Part shown: piece after piece, positions 60,093-64,000 of the stretch
How positions within the stretch are numbered: position 1 is the first letter of the stretch
How the letters are laid out: each line of letters opens with the position of its first letter
Assembly: GCA_963693365.1 (NCBI GenBank)
Contig: CAVNZM010000014.1
Coordinates: forward strand, 6,324,001 to 6,388,000
From: Amoebidium appalachense
Lineage: Eukaryota; Protista; Ichthyosporea
DNA: 64,000 nucleotides
Direction of reading: 5' to 3'
Program-made: the position numbers and the translations under genes
Notes under the pieces: generated by a model
Databases searched by the model: none
What the model saw: only the letters and a program-made list of their open reading frames with translations
Told to the model about the DNA's origin: nothing

Positions 60093-60634
60093 GAGTTGTC
60101 TTAGATACTGTGTCTGTAAGGTGTGTGGCTTTAGCGGCCGTGGCCGTGTAGTAGGTACCATTAATAAGGGGTAGCTCTCGTCTGTATTATGATGTACATA
60201 TATCATGCATATGGGGCACATGTTGTGTTTCCGGATTGGCCGGAGGGAGCGGCCAATAAAGTGCAATGATCCCCAGAGGAGTTCTAGTACAGTATGAATC
60301 AGTATGGTCATTTATTATATTTAAATAACAAACACCAACACCATGATGTACATGTAGGTGAGAAAATTCGGCCACGGTGGATTACAAAACACATGCAGCA
60401 ATACACATGACCGCGTCCTACCCGTTTTGCAGCAATTTTGTAGTAAATTACTATTCAATTGCAAAAATATCTACAAACCAGTACGCCAATTTCTGAAGAG
60501 TCAACATAACGTGTGACCTGACAGTATTCAATAGTATACTCATTGTATATGTACATGGCCGACATTGGTCCGCAAAAAAAAAAAATGAAAAAACATACAG
60601 GGGTGGAAGAGGGGAAAAAAATGGTTATCTCGCC

Positions 60635-60666
<32 letters not shown>

Positions 60667-61105
60667 GACTAACGTGGTTAATTGTAAAGTGTTAAACATA
60701 TTTAACATGTGTACTATTTAAACCAACTATAGCTTATAACATTGATGACGGTTCTATACACGATAAACTTTAAAGTATCTGTGGTTGACGAGTCTAACCG
60801 GCGGTGGATATATAGTATGTGTCTCCTTTACTCACATGTTCGTAGTTTTGACATAGCTAACGGCACACTACCCACCGTAGTGCCGACCAACTCCAAAACA
60901 TGCCAGCAGCCAAGATGTATATTTTGTACCAAACGTACTCATAGTATGATTTCGGACTTTGATTCGTCCTAAAACCTGCTCAGTTAACAGCACAACGGTC
61001 ACAGTGTGTGGTAGGCCTACCGATTGCGCATCAGCGTGGTGCTGCGTTTACGCTGGCTTGGAAAAGTGTATCGTGCAGTGCATAAACCAACTATTACACC
61101 CCCGC

Positions 61106-62366
61106 CTACTCCCAAGGCCTGTGCAAAGGTGGTTTCCAAGGGGCGTAGTCATGAGGATGTAGTTGCTCATTCTGGTCGGCTACCCCCAGCCTAGATCTAT
61201 TATTAGGCGGTGGTGGCTGCCATATATCCGCCTGTCGACATGAGGCCGAGGGCCATAGGGCATTTTTCTCCGCACCGTAGTAATGTTTTTCGGCACCATT
61301 AACATTGGCGGTTGAACACACGTCGAGCATGCCCGTGCCGACACGTTGGGGAATTATTCGTTGGTTTACATCTCTGTTTTTTTCAAGATGACTTTGTTTT
61401 GATCGGATGCCGTTTGTAGATTCTGCCACCGGAATGCTGGATATGCCTTGCGTACTTGTACATCCTGTGGATGCCGGAAGACAATATCACGGTTAGGAGG
61501 TAGTGAAAAGTGGTGGGATGGTGCGTTGGCGGGCTCTGACCAAGGCATACCCTCCACCGGTGAATCTGGAGGGAATGGCCCTTTCCTGTAACCCTTCGAC
61601 ACGGGTAGATCGTAATCTTTCTCCAAACGGGGTCCTGCTTGATGCGGTACCCATGATCCACGTGAGTGCAGTACATGGCCTCCTGTGTGCTCAAAATTCT
61701 GAGCTCTCCAAACGCGCAGCCCTGGCTCATCTGTGTCGTTTTCAACTTCCTTCTGTTGCTGTGGTCCTCGCACCATGTGCCGTGCATGTGAATCCCCTGT
61801 ACGTGGCAGCATGGAAGGAACGTCACGAAGCAATGGCCTTACCGTTTTCCGTGAAGCATACACCGTGTTTTCACACGTTTCAGTCATTGGCGGTATAGAT
61901 TCATTGCTCCGCGAGAATGTGCCATCCGGGCGTGAAGATACGGGTCGTTCGGGTGGCAATCCTGAGAGTTGTGCAGAACATGGATCGGGCGGCTTGCTTG
62001 CATCATCGTCATTGGGGTTTAGGTCGGCGCATAACGACTGGGATGACTCGTTCGGGGCTGTTTTGTAAACGGGGAGGCTCAGGGAGGCCCGTCAGGTAGA
62101 GGATCTTCTTTGGAGAAAGCCTGTTCTTTATCATGTATTCTGCTTTTAGAAAGTAGGGAACCTCATCATAATCATAGGGCGAAATTTTGCCCAAGATGAG
62201 GCTCTCGAAAATCCCATCCATAAGCTCCTTACAGTATCTCACCACGTTATGCAGTTTTCTACGCTCTTTGGGGTCCGTCATTTGGTGCACTGGTGTTTGT
62301 GTTTTTCTGAGGTAATCTTTAAAATCCTTTTCGGTAGGAAAGTCTTGCAGTTTTTTTTGTGCCTGT
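61106..62366 (-). CDS. Large 3' exon of an uncharacterised gene, apparently split by one or two homopolymer frameshifts
   Basis: CAG acceptors at 62363-62369. Three consecutive overlapping non-repetitive ORFs (62009-62380, 61366-61959, 61106-61429) switch frame at G4 (62071-62074) and T7 (61377-61383). Upstream exons were not resolved. Confidence 0.5.
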
Positions 62367-63017
62367 CTGCCCACGGTCAAGAATTACTGCGGAGCCCGGT
62401 ATATTCGCACAAGAATACACACGCACACACGACACGCACACGCACGTGTCGACACACACAGCTCACAGGCTTAGAAAACATCACACCATCACCTAAAGAA
62501 AAAAAAAAAAAGGGGGAAGTTGACCGTCAGCTCCAACTTGCGACTCCGGCACCAGCTCAGTGAGTTGACGGCACACAGGGTTTGAAAGTGGCCAACTTGT
62601 TAGTGAGGTTGCCAGGGCCCAGGGGGTGGTCAGAGCTGGCCTACATTATAAATAGAAGCACAGTTGGTGACCGTATTGAGAACGCAATATATACATCGTC
62701 ACACAAATTGTGTAGTAATTCCGTAGGCATAACCTGCGAAAACGTCGGCCCTACATGTGCGTTTTGGGCACATGCGTCTGTGTGCATGTAGGCTGCTTGT
62801 TGAAACTTTTCTTTTCTTTTCACACCCTGGAATTTCGGAATTCAAGAGTCGGTGCGAAGCTGATCAGCGATTGGTGGCTATTTTGAACCAAGTTTCACGA
62901 GTCACGACTTTGCGACTTCGCTTTACGATGTGCAAATGTGCATTGAGTCACAGGGTGCTTACACATGCAGAGGCAACTTCAAGTATGCAACACCAGCAAC
63001 ACACGCAGGATGCAGCG

Positions 63018-63066
<49 letters not shown>

Positions 63067-63147
63067 GAGGGGGCAAGTCATCCATGGCATCTACTCTATC
63101 CATCCTTCAGCCTCGTTTACGAAACCCAACTCAGAGGCGGAGGAGGG

Positions 63148-63205
<58 letters not shown>

Positions 63206-63659
63206 GGGGGGGGGGAAGCATTCTGGGTGCTCTAACGTGTATTACTGCCAAAATGTGCATATCCTGTGTTGATGGTTTGTGTGTAATTGTGTGAGCATCA
63301 CAGTGTGTGTGTGTCTCGGAGTATTGTGTGTGCAAGTGTGTTTGGTGACACACGAGTGTTTGTGTGTGCGTATGTGTGCATGTGTGTGTGCCAGTTTGTT
63401 TGTGGGTGTGGGTGTCCGCGTGTTTATGTATGTTTATGGTGTTCGCTTGTGCTTGTGTGTGTGTGTCTGTGTCCACAACCCACCCACAATCTGAACAATA
63501 ACAACAACTTAGAACTTTTTGCTTTATTGTAAATACCACCCTGAGAGAGCTCCCTGCGAAATAGAGCCCGGGTGGGGGGTTGGGAGGGGGGGGTAGAGAA
63601 GGAAAGAGAGAGGGGGGGGGGAGGAGGGGGAGAGGGAGAGGGAGAGGGAGAGGGAAAGG

Positions 63660-63727
<68 letters not shown>

Positions 63728-64000
63728 CCTCCCGGGGAGAGAGAGAGAGAGGGAGAGAAAGAGAGAGGGAGGGGGGGAGGGGGGGCGACCTCGTAAGAAC
63801 CTAGGAGCTCCAGAGAGGGATGGGGGATATACATGGGAGAAGGGGGGGGGGGGGGGGGGGGGGGGGTGGTAGAGAGAGTGAGAGGGGTAGCGAGAGGAGA
63901 GAGAAATATAAAGAAACCAGGGGAAGGTGGGGAGAGAAAGAGAGAGAGAGACAGAGAGAGGGGGGGGAGGTTGGGAAGGAAAGGGAGGCGGGGTGGGGGG

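Overview
Eukaryotic nuclear DNA with GT-AG spliceosomal introns, saturated with poly-C/poly-G, poly-A/T, (CA)n/(GT)n and (GA)n tracts. Nearly all ORFs in the supplied track are low-complexity artefacts, so I rebuilt the real genes by hand from splice sites and reading frame. (1) The last exon of a gene entering from the left (476-664, +). (2) An uncharacterised Pro/Ser/Gln-rich multi-exon gene (~3674-8905, -). (3) An intronless, microsatellite-free GC-rich island (~10750-13000, -) with an intact 239-aa ORF followed directly by a disrupted tyrosine recombinase, no RT/RNase H, and flanking palindromes. (4) A flavin-containing monooxygenase of at least 14 exons (14335-~26045, -). (5) A 23-exon ABCB6/HMT-1 half ABC transporter (36959-58555, +) with a 10-nt microexon and three +1 slips in G/C runs. 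(6) The 3' part of an unknown gene (~61106-62366, -). The most notable signals are the ORF1+YR element, a 33-bp minisatellite built from complete 3' splice-site modules, exon 'echoes' in neighbouring introns with synonymous-biased divergence, acceptors lacking a U-rich tract, and two possibly related structured non-coding blocks. No searches were run: family calls rest on recognised motifs, and the organism is not identified (an intron-rich opisthokont protist is a guess).
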